Source of the DNA: an uncultured Gemmatimonadota bacterium
GTDB lineage: Bacteria; GCA-2686955
Assembly (NCBI GenBank): GCA_964490075.1
Contig: CAZBBK010000006.1
Coordinates: 62,001-126,000, forward strand
Length of the DNA stretch: 64,000 bases
Direction of reading: 5' to 3'
Shown here: one piece after another, positions 43,439 through 53,751 of the stretch
How the letters are laid out: the number at the start of each line of letters is the position of its first letter
How positions within the stretch are numbered: the stretch's first letter is position 1
Notes under the pieces: model-generated
The model's input: the letters and a program-made list of their open reading frames with translations, nothing else
Told to the model about the DNA's origin: nothing
The model's database searches: none
Position numbers and translations under genes: made by a program

Positions 43439-44175
43439 GATTGCAGCTCATCCGATCGGCTGTTGCCCAAGCGCAGGCTCAGAGAGAGGACGCCCCCGAC
43501 CGAGTCCAGGCCGGGGAAGACGGCCTTGATCGCCGCCCTTCCTCCCAAAGCGCGGAATCCCAACGAAGCGTTCAGCCGATCTCCGTCATGCTCCAGGGCT
43601 GTGCACCATGTTCCGGCACCGCCCACCTCGATCGCGCCGAAAGGACCGTCCAGGGCCCTGGACGCGGCACGAAAGAGCCGCGGAGCCCAGCCGCAGTGGA
43701 GGTGAGCGCGGATCAGCGACCGCTCCGGGGCGCTCCAGCGCAGGACTGCGTAGGTCGCATGGAAGCGCCTCGAGTCGCCGATCGGGTCCCGGACACCGAT
43801 GGCCAGCGCCGGCCGCCAGCCGCCTTGATCGGCGACCAGTATCCGGGCGGCCACCATCCGGTCCTTGTCGTCTCCGTAGCTGGCCGAGACGAAGGGGATG
43901 TTCTCCACCTGGGTGACGCGCGCGGTGATCTCCAGGCGGGGGAGGAGGCCCACCCGCAGCGCGAACACGCGATCGGTGGATGCGTGAAACCCCTCCGGGT
44001 TGTACGGGGCGGGGATCTGGGTCACAGACGCCGAGACCACGCCATCTCCCACCACCTCCACCGTGGGGATGAACACCAACCCGGTGTCGCCGTGGAGCGA
44101 TGCGGAGGGAAATGCCGAGGGGTCGTCGAAAGCGAAGCAAAGACCGGCGAGCAACGCCGCCGGGATCCAACTCAT
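43435..44175 (-). CDS. YjbH/GfcD-like domain protein (outer-membrane, EPS-associated)
   Basis: G.TGLVFIPT, GLLPRLEI..R, KDRM...R, PALAIGVRDP, FGAIE, EHDG..LN. Confidence 0.72.
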   Translation of the reverse strand: MSWIPAALLAGLCFAFDDPSAFPSASLHGDTGLVFIPTVEVVGDGVVSASVTQIPAPYNPEGFHASTDRVFALRVGLLPRLEITARVTQVENIPFVSASYGDDKDRMVAARILVADQGGWRPALAIGVRDPIGDSRRFHATYAVLRWSAPERSLIRAHLHCGWAPRLFRAASRALDGPFGAIEVGGAGTWCTALEHDGDRLNASLGFRALGGRAAIKAVFPGLDSVGGVLSLSLRLGNSRSDELQS

Positions 44176-45362
44176 CCTCCGCCGCCCCCCCCCTGATCAT
44201 GCGGATCGATCGGGTGGAGCTTGACGCGCCCCGGCAGGATCACACGGCCGCGCCGAACCACCGGCGCCCCCTCGGCCACATAGCGCAGCTCGATCTCCAT
44301 CTCCTTCCACTCGTGAACCACGCTGAAGGCAGAGCCCGCGGCGATCACGGTGACGTACTCGAGCGCTTCGCTCGCGATGCCGCGGAACGAGTAGCCGGCG
44401 TTCGCCGCGAGCCACGCACGTTCCGAGCGATCGACCTCTCCCTCCAGCTCACTCCCCCGCGCGGCCTGGTAGGTGCGGGCGACTTCGACCGCGCGACGCT
44501 CCAGTGTGGCGTCGACCCGTCCCAGGGTGTCGGCGAACGCGCGCGTGGTCGTGGCGAGCGACCATCCGATCGAGGACGCGTCGACTCCCACCGCCCAGAC
44601 CCCCGACGCGTCGGGGACCAGGACGGCGAGCCGCCCGTCTTCGCTCGACACGGGAACTTCGCTCCTGCGCCAATCGGCTGCCAGCGAGCTCCAGTGGAAG
44701 GCCTCCAGGGACTCCTCCCCGGCGGAGATGGGCAGGACGAGCATCAGCTCCGGGTGGTCGGCCGGGAGCTCGTCCTCGACGACGATCTCCGCCGCCGCGA
44801 GCAGCACCCGACCGGGGGGAAGCGCCGGAAGCGCGGCGCTCATGGCCTCGCTCAGCTCCACCATCTGCCCGGGTGCCGCCGGGGGCCACACGAGCGTGGC
44901 TGCGCCCTCGACGATGGGCGTGCTTGCACTGGCAAGCCGGGAAGGCGCGCGCTGTGTCAGCCACAGAGGCAGCAGGAAATCCCAGGGGCGGCTGCCGGCG
45001 ACCACCACGGCCACGGTGAAATCCGCGACCGCCGGCACGTGGCCGGCTCCGGTCGCGAGGACTCGATAGCTGCCGGGGGGCACACCCTCGGCCTGGAACG
45101 CCCCCTGCGGCGCCGAGGGCGTGGCGAGATCGATCCCCTCCTGATCGACCAGCCGCACCTCGACCTCCTGCGTGGGTCCGGCCTCGTCCACCACCTCTCC
45201 GGCGACGGACGACGTGGCCGATTCCGGCGGAAGCTCCGGAACCGGAATCGCCTCGCAGCCGGCGATCAGGAGTGCGGCGAGGGCGATGACTGGGGCGCCA
45301 TGGGTCAGGTTCGTTGGAAGCCCCAGACCGGCGCGGCAATCGCGGACGTGGTTACGGGCCAT
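44172..45362 (-). CDS. Putative lipoprotein with carboxypeptidase-regulatory-like domain
   Basis: LIAG-C lipobox; VAGEVVDEAG...GAF....VPPGSYRV.A...G; AAGGAG RBS before ATG 45362. Confidence 0.6.
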   Translation of the reverse strand: MARNHVRDCRAGLGLPTNLTHGAPVIALAALLIAGCEAIPVPELPPESATSSVAGEVVDEAGPTQEVEVRLVDQEGIDLATPSAPQGAFQAEGVPPGSYRVLATGAGHVPAVADFTVAVVVAGSRPWDFLLPLWLTQRAPSRLASASTPIVEGAATLVWPPAAPGQMVELSEAMSAALPALPPGRVLLAAAEIVVEDELPADHPELMLVLPISAGEESLEAFHWSSLAADWRRSEVPVSSEDGRLAVLVPDASGVWAVGVDASSIGWSLATTTRAFADTLGRVDATLERRAVEVARTYQAARGSELEGEVDRSERAWLAANAGYSFRGIASEALEYVTVIAAGSAFSVVHEWKEMEIELRYVAEGAPVVRRGRVILPGRVKLHPIDPHDQGGGGGG

Positions 45363-45376
45363 GACGATCTCCTTGG

Positions 45377-46584
45377 CTATGGGTGGTGCCCGAGACGGGC
45401 GGCGATCTGTCCAGAGCGCAGTGCCCAGAGGGGCGCGGTGAGATCGGGTGCGAGCCGCGTCCGGCGTGCCCATACCCCCTGGTTGGAACGATAACGCAGG
45501 GGAAAGCGTCCTGGAAGACCGATCGAGACCCGACCTCCGCGAGGCACCCGCCCCAAGGGAGCGGCAGCTCGGCCGCGAATCGGATCACCTGCTGCCGATC
45601 GGTGCCCCGAATCCCCGCTCGAAGCGTGCTCTCGCCCCAGGAGCGAGAGAATGTGACACCCCCGCCGCGATCGCCGGCCAGGTAGGTCCCACCTTCCACT
45701 TTGAGTTCGATGTCCAGCGCTCCGTACCACCAGGCCAGCTCCCCGATCAGGCGGGGTTTCTCCAGCGGGCTGTAGCGCCATCGATAGCGGCGGTCGAGGC
45801 TGAGGTGCCCCGTGCTCGACGCCGACAGGCCCAGCCACCCGAGGCCCCGCCGGTGGACCCAGACCGCGTCGAGCAGCGCCCCCCACCGGTCTTCCTCGGT
45901 CATCCCGGCGCCCAGGCGCCAGAGGGTGGGCCCGAAGCGCCCGACTGGACCGCGCCGGGTGAGCTCGGCCGCCACCACCACCGGCCGCAGGGGCGGGAGA
46001 TCACGCTCCAGCTCGTCCAGGGGTGTCCAGACCCCTTTACCCACCACCCGTACGCCTCGGCTGGCGTAGACCGTGGCGGAGACTCCGATCCCCGCCGCCC
46101 ATCGCTGCGGATCCTCGACCAGGCCGAAGCTGGCCTCCAGGTGGGGCGCCAGCTCGAGATCGACCTGGCCGCGAAGCGATCGCGGCGTCGAGGGGGAGGC
46201 GTCGGCGACCCGGATCGGAACGCAACCGAGCCCATCCGCGGATTCGTAGCGAACGATCGGCGCGGCCGAGCCCGAGTCGGTGGACACCGACGCCAGCACG
46301 ACTCCGTTCGCCATGGGCAGGAGCGAGATCCGATCGTCCGCGCAGAGATCCAAGGCCGCGGCGGCCAGCCCGGCGGGATCCCGCCGGCCTCGATTCTCGA
46401 AGTAGATCGCGCCTCGCAGCTCCTCGGGTCCCGCGTCGCAGCGCGCGCTTCGGACGCCGTCCAGGCCCGCCTCCTGGAGCCGGTGGGCCGTCCCCTCCAA
46501 CTCGGGCCGCGAACGGCCCGGGGCATTGAAGCCGGGCGCCGGCGCGACATCACCGGCAATCGCCCCGCCCGCCACGGCCAACAT
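45377..46584 (-). CDS. Second YjbH-like domain protein, apparent 1-base frameshift at 45551-45554
   Basis: YFENR, GTYLAGDRGGGVTFSR (YjbH-like); the C-terminus continues in another frame (RVSIGLPGRFPLRYR) to stop 45377; start uncertain. Confidence 0.6.
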
Positions 46585-46677
46585 CACCCACTGCAGTGTT
46601 ATGCTCAGCACGCAAGCGATCCTATTCGACGGAATCGGCAACGCCAATGCCGCATCGCGGCGGCAGGGGGGCTGTCC

Positions 46678-49600
46678 ATGAGCAACGAAGTTCGATCGAC
46701 CGGCCGCCGTGTGACCTCTCTCTTCCTTCTCGCGGGGATGTTGCTGAGCGTTTGCCCTTCCCGCTCCCTGGGGCGCGTGATCCTCGTTCCCCAGGACGAG
46801 CCCACGATCCAGTCCGGCGTCGACGCCGCCGACGAGGGGGATACCGTGCTGGTGGCGCCGGGCACCTGGGCGCCGGTGCGCCTGCCGGCCCTGGACCTGG
46901 TCCTGAAATCCTCCTCGGGCGCGGAGCTCACGACGATCGACGGCGGAGACTCGACCACGGTCGTGACCTTCGAGGGGGCGGTCAGCCGGGCGTGTGCGGT
47001 GGAGAGCTTTACGATCAGCCGCGGTTTGGGCAACGGGGATATGGGCGGCGGGGTCCACCTCTCCGCGGGGGCCTCGCCGACGCTGAGCGACCTGGTGGTG
47101 CGAGACTGCAGCGCGGTCTACGGCGGCGGCATTCGAGGGCTCTATCCCTCTGATCCGCTGCTGCGCGGCTGCCTCTTCGACGCCAACGAGGCGAGCAGCA
47201 GGGGTGGCGGGGGATACCTGGATGGTGACGGAATCGTCGTGGAAGGGTGCCGTTTCACCGGGTGCACGTCCTACTACGACGGCGGTGGTCTTTACGTGCG
47301 CCTGGGAGAAGGCCGGCTGGAGATCGACGAGACGGAGATCGACTCGTGTCGTGTTTCGCATTCGTACTGCGGGGGTGGCGGGCTCTACATATACGCATAC
47401 GCGCGGCAAGGATATGGTGCCGCCGGCATCGTCCAGATGGACGATTGTCGCATCAGTGATTGCGATGCGGGCTATGGCGGGGGAGCCTACATTGACTACG
47501 CGCGGCATCTCCTGCTCTCGTCGACGGAGATCCGAAACTGCTACGCGTCTTACCGAGGGGGGGGCTCTACCTGTATCGCGTCGACCGACTGAACATCGAC
47601 TCGGGGTCCTTCGAGAGCAACAGATCGGACCGCTACTACGGCGGCGCCATCTACGCCTACGTCGACACCCTGGAGCTGGCCGACATCGTGTTCGGGCAGA
47701 ACAGTACCGCCGGCTACGGCGGCGCGGTCTATGCGTCGGGACATGACAGCACCGCCATTAGTCACTGTTCCTTTGTGAAGAACCACGCTGATGACGAAGG
47801 GGGCGCCCTGTATCTCTCCTACAGTGGATCGACTAATCCTCACGAGTACATTCGGGGCTGTCTCTTCGTGGGGGGCGAATCGGCTTCCGGCTCCCTGGCC
47901 AGCACCAGCCAGATGGCGACGCTCGAACACTGCTCCCTGTGGCAGCAAGGGGATTCGCCCTTCGCGGGCGATGTCTATGTGGACCGCACCTGCATCAGCC
48001 GCGATCCGCTCATCGAGGACACTCCAAGTGGCCCCATCCCCTCGGCCCGCTCCCCCCTCATCGACGCCGGTGATCCCGCCAGGCCTCCCCTTCCGCAAGG
48101 CGGTCCGGTGCGAGATATCGGCGCCCGGGAGCGCCTGACCCCCGACCCGGCACGGGCCACCGTCGCGTTGTCGCTCCCGGCGCGCGCCAGAGTGAGAGAG
48201 ACGATCGAATACTCGGTGTCGATCGAGAATCTGCTCGACGAGCGCGTCAGTGGGCGCGTGCTCGTGACGGTCGGGGGCCACGAAGTTGGTGAGCGTGACG
48301 TGGAGCTTCCCCCCTTCGGCCGTGGAGAGCAGCTGGGAACGGTGGTGGTCCCCGACTCCCTCCGAGCCCGGGTGATCCCCGTGGTCGCGAGACTCCTCGG
48401 GGAGAACGAACGGCTCGAGGCGGTCGACTCCGTGCCCCTGGGCCTCAGTGGAGAGCGGGTGCTGCGGGTGCCCGAGGACCATCCGACGGTAAGCGCCGCT
48501 CTGGCGGTGGCCGCGGACCTCGACACCGTGCTGATCGGACCCGGCACCCGGCAAGAGCAGCTCGTGATCGATGGACTCGACATCACGCTGCGCTCCGCCG
48601 CCGGACCAGCAGCGACTGTGGTCACCAACCCCGGACATACGGCGATCTGGGTGCGCGGACCGGCCCGCGGCAGAATCGAAGGGCTGAGCATCCTGGACAG
48701 CGGAGGCTCCGGTGATTCGGGAGGCGGGATCCGGGTGAGCTCGCGGGCGGCGGCCGAGATCATCGGCAATGTCATTCAGAGAAACCGCTCAAACGGGGAC
48801 GGCGGCGGAGTGCATCTGAATCTGTGCAAGGGCAGCATCATCGAGAATAACGTCATCTCCGCCAATGACGCGGCCTATTGCGGTGGGGGGATCTACGCGA
48901 CCGAGGGCGAGCTCGTCGTTCGGGGCAATCTGATCGAAGAAAACGACGCACGATATGGAGGCGGCGCCTATTTGGGTTGTCGCGCCGACGTCCTATCCAA
49001 TGAGCTCCGAAGCAACGTGGCCAGCTCCTATGGGGCGGCGCCTATTACCGGGGGGGCAGCGCGGACTCGATCTACTCGGAGGGGAACACCTACGCGGACA
49101 ATGACGCTGATTGTGGTGCGGGGGCGTACAGCTACTATGGGAAAGTGCATTCGCTCGAGGACCGATTCGTCGGCAACAGCGCGAGCTCCGGGGTGGCATC
49201 TACGCCCGCGATAATGTGACCGTTACGCGCGCGGTCTTTTTCGACAACCACGGCAGCAACCAGGGAGGAGGGGCCTACGCATATCGGACGAGCTTCCGCG
49301 GCTGCGTGTTCGTCGACAACGACGCTCCGTCCTACCCCGGCATCGGTGGCTACGGTTACCAGGGGGAAAGCGGCTTCAATCTCTTCTGGGACGGCGTAGC
49401 GCCGGATCGGGAGAACCGTGGCGAGTCGGCCGGCATCGATCCGCTCTACAGCGATCCGCTCCTCGTCGACCCGGCGTCCGGGGACTTCCGTCCCCGACCC
49501 GGATCACCGCTGATCGATACCGGACCGCCCGATCTGGAGCCCGACACACTGCAGACGCGCGCCGACACTACCTTCTTCGCACCCCGGACGATCCATCTGG

Positions 49601-51420
49601 CTCCCAGAGAGACCGTGCGCACGGAGCGCTCCTTCGCCACGCCGGTCATCGGGGATGTCTACCCCTTCCATCTGAGCTCTTGGTGCAGCTCGCTGCCGTG
49701 GGAGACCTGGGCGACCGCACGCAAAGACCTGCAGGTGTGGGGCGGACAGACATTCCGCGTGCCGGAAGATTACGATCGCATCAGCGACGCATTGGCGAAT
49801 GCGATCCCGGGGGATCGGGTGGAGGTGTCTCCGGGGGTCTACGACGAAGCACTCTCGATGAGCACCGAGGGGGTGACGCTGGCGGGGGCGGGGATCTATC
49901 TCACCGAGCTGCGGCCCTCTGCCTACGGGTCGGCGATCACGGTCTCCCCGCTCCTCTCGCCTCCTCCCATCGTTCGCGACCTCACGATCAGAGGCACCAG
50001 CGGGGCCAGACATGGCGCCGGAGTGTTCCTCGACTGCCAGTCCTCCGTCGTGCTCGATCACGTGCGCTTCGCGCGCTGCAACGCGGCGGAGTTGGGCGGC
50101 GCCATCTATCAGGGCCAGAGCTCCACTCTGGAAATGCGCTCCTGTGGCGTGGACACCTGTCAGGCCCAATGGGGGGGCGGCATCTCGTCCTATGGCCTGG
50201 TAACCGCCGCCGGATTCACCGCGAGCGACAACACCTCCAGCACCAACGGCGGGGCCTTGACCCTCGGGGGAAGCGCCGTCCTCGACTCCTGCGAAATCGT
50301 CGGCAATGCCGCGCAGACCGGAGGGGGCATCTGGGCACAAGCCCTCGAAGGCAAGCTCCGGATCAGCGCGAGCACTTTCGAAGAGAACGACGCGCTGTGG
50401 GGCGGGGGCGGGCTCTACGTCGGGCGGCCGGGCTGGGATGACGAGCCGGAGGACACACTCCTGGTCGACTGCACCTTCAAAGAGAACGTCGCGGAATGGG
50501 GGGCTGGGGTCTTCGTGCGCAACGGCGCCTGGTCGATGCACGGCAGCCGGTGGTTCGCCAACGAAGCCACGGAGGGAGGCGGCATCTACCTCGAGCGCAC
50601 CGGGGAAAGGCTGACCGTCAGCGAGTGCATCTTCCAGGAAAACGACGCCATTCGCGGCGGCGGCCTCTACACCCTCGACGCTCGGGGAAAGGTCACGGAT
50701 TGCGACTTCGAATGGAACACCGCATGGGACGGAGCAGCGGTGCGGGTGACCGGACAGGGAGCCGCTCCCTTCCAGCTCTTCCGCTCCACTTTCAGCGAGA
50801 ACCACGCCCGCGACGTCGGAGCAGGGATCAGCGGCCGTCTTGCCGGCCCCGAGATCGTCGCTTGTGATTTCCTGGCCAACACGGCCGAAAACGCCGGCGC
50901 GGGCGCTCACATCCGGGAAGGGGACGCCCACATCGCCAGCAACGTTTTCTGGGCGGGGGAGGCGCTATTCGGGGGCGGCGTGGTGCTCACCCGAGGTGGC
51001 GCCAGCGGTCTCTTCCACAACCTATTCGTGGAGAACGCCGGCACCGGCTGGGGCGGTGGCATCCTGCTGCGCCGGGGCGTTGCGCCGGCGATCTCCGGCA
51101 ACATCATGGCGTGGAACGGTTCGGGTGCCGGGCTTCACGTCGAGGACGAGGAGAGCACCTCCACCGCGACCTACAACCTCTACTGGGCCAACCAGGGCGG
51201 CAGCTACGGAGGATACGCCCTGCCGGGCATTGGGGACCTGGAGACGGATCCCCTTTTCGTCGACCGGCAGCTCGGCGACTTCCACGTGACCGGCGGCTCT
51301 CCCGCGGTGGACGCGGGGGATCCCGACACCTATGACGCGTGCTTGCCGCCCGGGCTCGGAACGGAAAGGGCCGACATCGGAGCCTACGGAGGTCCGGACA
51401 ACTGTTGGCGCGCCGACTGA
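46678..51420 (+). CDS. Very large secreted right-handed beta-helix repeat protein (about 1580 aa, three tandem modules), split by three single-G frameshifts
   Basis: Signal peptide; three N-caps (VPQDEPTIQ.., VPEDHPTVS.., VPEDYDRIS..); many N.A..GG[GA]IY repeats; SP.IDAGDP...DIGAYGG ends. Frame breaks at G8 47557-47564, G4 49032-49035 and G4 49190-49193. Confidence 0.75.
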
Positions 51421-51427
51421 GGCGCGT

Positions 51428-52798
51428 TCAACGATAGGCCCGCACCAGCTCGGCCGCACCGTAATAGTGTCGCAGGATCGATTCCGCGTCGTGGCCGCGC
51501 GTCGCCATCAATGCAGCGCCGATCTGGCACAGCCCCACGCCGTGCCCCCAGCCGGCGCCACTGAACCGAAAAGCGTTGGGGCGTTCCGACGGCCCTAGAG
51601 GCTCGGCCACGAAGGCGGAGCTGCGCAGGTGGCTGGGCGACAGGAGGCGGCGGATTTCCAGCTCCTTGCCGACCACCACGGTGCCACGCTCGCCCACCAG
51701 GCGCAGCCGCACCAGTCGTCCGGAAGGACCGCGCTGCACCGGTTCCAGACCCAGCAGGCGGCCCAGCTCGATGCCGGCCTTGTCGCGAATGAGCTGCTCG
51801 AGCTGCTCGACGTCGCGCTCCTCATTCCAGCGGAAGAAGGTAGTCGAGCGATCGAAGTCAGGCAAAATAGTCGCCAGCGTCGCCGGATCGTCGCAGTCGC
51901 AGAAGGCGCGCGGGGGGTGGTCGAGGAAGCGACGGAAGGCGCCTTCTCCGGTCAGCGGATTGGCGGGCAGCGCGGGATCTGCGGCGTCGGCGCGGGGCGC
52001 AAGGTAGGGCAGATCGCGGTCTTGCCAGGCGGCGCGAAAGCCCTCGGTGACACCGCCGCAACACTTCGAGAAGCGCGCGTCGCAGACCTCTTCGGCGTGG
52101 GTCAGCAGCAGCCCCCGAGTGTCGTCGACCGCCGCCGCGGCCGCCTCCCCACCCTGTGTCGCGACGCCCTGGTAGCGCTGGCAGTGGTCGTCGGCGCAGA
52201 CGTCGAAATGGTGGTGCGCCTGGCGATCGTAGATCCGGATCCGCTCTCCCGCGTCCCGCGCGTGCCCCGCGGGCCCCGCGGGTCCCGCTGTCGCGACCGC
52301 GACGGCGCCGGCGGCGCCCAGCTGCGCCAGGAGCCAACTGCGCGAAATGATGGCGTGGGCGCGCAGCAGGGCCGCCGGAGCGTTTCCGCTCATCTCCGAG
52401 CCGACCACCGAGCGCAGGTAGGTCTCGAGCGGCACATCGTTGACCACCCGCAAGCCCCCCTCCCCCGCCGCCGCCAGGCGCAGCGTGCCGCGGAAGCGTT
52501 GCAGACGCTCTTGCTGCCAGTGGAAGCCGATGCCGATGGTCGCCGCGAGCTCGAAACTAGAGCGGTTCGGATCGGCCGGGATCAGCTCGATGGTCCTCGC
52601 CGGGGCTGGCGCGGAGCGACCGTCGCCGATCTCCGGCTCCAGCATCACTTCAGCGCCCGAGATCCGCGCCCGGTAGCTCCCGGGTGGCAGCGGCGCGCCC
52701 GCCGATCGGTAGCTCCCCTCGAGGCGCAGGCGCAGCTCGCCGACCCCCTCCGCCAGACCGACCGCCAGGGTCGGCTCGGCAGTCGGCGGGACGCTCAC
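51428..52798 (-). CDS. SpoIID/LytB domain protein (lytic transglycosylase-like)
   Basis: VNDVPLETYL.SVV.SEM, HAIISRS, DVCADDHCQRYQG, FSKCCGG.TE, LRSS.F, GAGWGHGVGLCQ.GA, IL.HYY. Confidence 0.9.
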   Translation of the reverse strand: MSVPPTAEPTLAVGLAEGVGELRLRLEGSYRSAGAPLPPGSYRARISGAEVMLEPEIGDGRSAPAPARTIELIPADPNRSSFELAATIGIGFHWQQERLQRFRGTLRLAAAGEGGLRVVNDVPLETYLRSVVGSEMSGNAPAALLRAHAIISRSWLLAQLGAAGAVAVATAGPAGPAGHARDAGERIRIYDRQAHHHFDVCADDHCQRYQGVATQGGEAAAAAVDDTRGLLLTHAEEVCDARFSKCCGGVTEGFRAAWQDRDLPYLAPRADAADPALPANPLTGEGAFRRFLDHPPRAFCDCDDPATLATILPDFDRSTTFFRWNEERDVEQLEQLIRDKAGIELGRLLGLEPVQRGPSGRLVRLRLVGERGTVVVGKELEIRRLLSPSHLRSSAFVAEPLGPSERPNAFRFSGAGWGHGVGLCQIGAALMATRGHDAESILRHYYGAAELVRAYR

Positions 52799-53751
52799 TG
52801 GAGCCGCTCCCACCAGCGCTCGAAGCGCTCCTCGTCGAGGCTCACTTCGCGGTAGACCGAGCACGCGCGGTCGGCGTCTATGCGCGCGAAGTCGTGCTCC
52901 TCGGGCAGCACTAGAATTCCCGCCATCTCCATGGCGCCGGGACTGATCAGAAAGCGCTGCTCGCCCTGCTCGAAGTAACAGCCCGGTCGATGGCGCGCGC
53001 GCGGAAAAAAGAACACCTCGAGCTCCCCGCCACGGTGCCGCGCCAGCAGGTTCAGCATCGGCTCTCGATCTTCCCCCATGATCGTCGCCAGCTCCGAGAT
53101 CGCGGCGCTCAAGCGTTGCTCGGCGGCCGCCGCGTCGATCTCGCACAGCACCACCGCCTGGCGCCCGAAGCTCTCGATCGCAGTCCAGGGCCCGGCACGA
53201 CGGCCGCGCGGCAGCGCCTCTTCGATCGGCGGCGCGACGATGCGACCGGTCTGAAAATGGAAATGGTCGGGCGCCGACGCCCCGCAGCGTGGGCCGTTGT
53301 AGATCACGAAAGTCTCTTCGTCGACCGCGCCCGCCAGGGCCAGCAGCAGCCCCAATCGGCCCTCGATCGCCTGCGGCACGTGCTCGCGGGTGGCGACGGA
53401 GATATGGCGCGGAACGATAGGAAAGGGGTTCGGCAGCAACACCAGCTCCGGGCCGAAGGCGATGCCGCGCTCCTCGACCGGCAGGTTCGGCTCGCACAGA
53501 AAGCAGGGGCGGCGCCGCACCGAAGCGGGATCGACCTTGGCGCTGACCGACCCGCGGCGACCGGGATTGCGTTGCGCCGCGATCCGATCGGCCCCGTGGC
53601 TCAGCTCCCGCACCTGGGTGCGCTCCAGAGCCGCCTCGTTGGCGGCGAGCAGCGGCCAGTTGGCTCGCTGGCGCTCGAAGAGCGCTTCGATCGCCTCGGC
53701 CACACTCTCGCCGAGCCGGAACTCGGCCACCACCCGTCGGCTCCAGCTCAT
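52795..53751 (-). CDS. DUF4922 domain protein (HIT-like nucleotide phosphorylase fold)
   Basis: NP.R..S..AKVD, RPCFLC..NLP, NPFPI...H, YNGPRCGASAPDHFHFQ, ISPGA.EM.G. Confidence 0.85.
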   Translation of the reverse strand: MSWSRRVVAEFRLGESVAEAIEALFERQRANWPLLAANEAALERTQVRELSHGADRIAAQRNPGRRGSVSAKVDPASVRRRPCFLCEPNLPVEERGIAFGPELVLLPNPFPIVPRHISVATREHVPQAIEGRLGLLLALAGAVDEETFVIYNGPRCGASAPDHFHFQTGRIVAPPIEEALPRGRRAGPWTAIESFGRQAVVLCEIDAAAAEQRLSAAISELATIMGEDREPMLNLLARHRGGELEVFFFPRARHRPGCYFEQGEQRFLISPGAMEMAGILVLPEEHDFARIDADRACSVYREVSLDEERFERWWERLQ

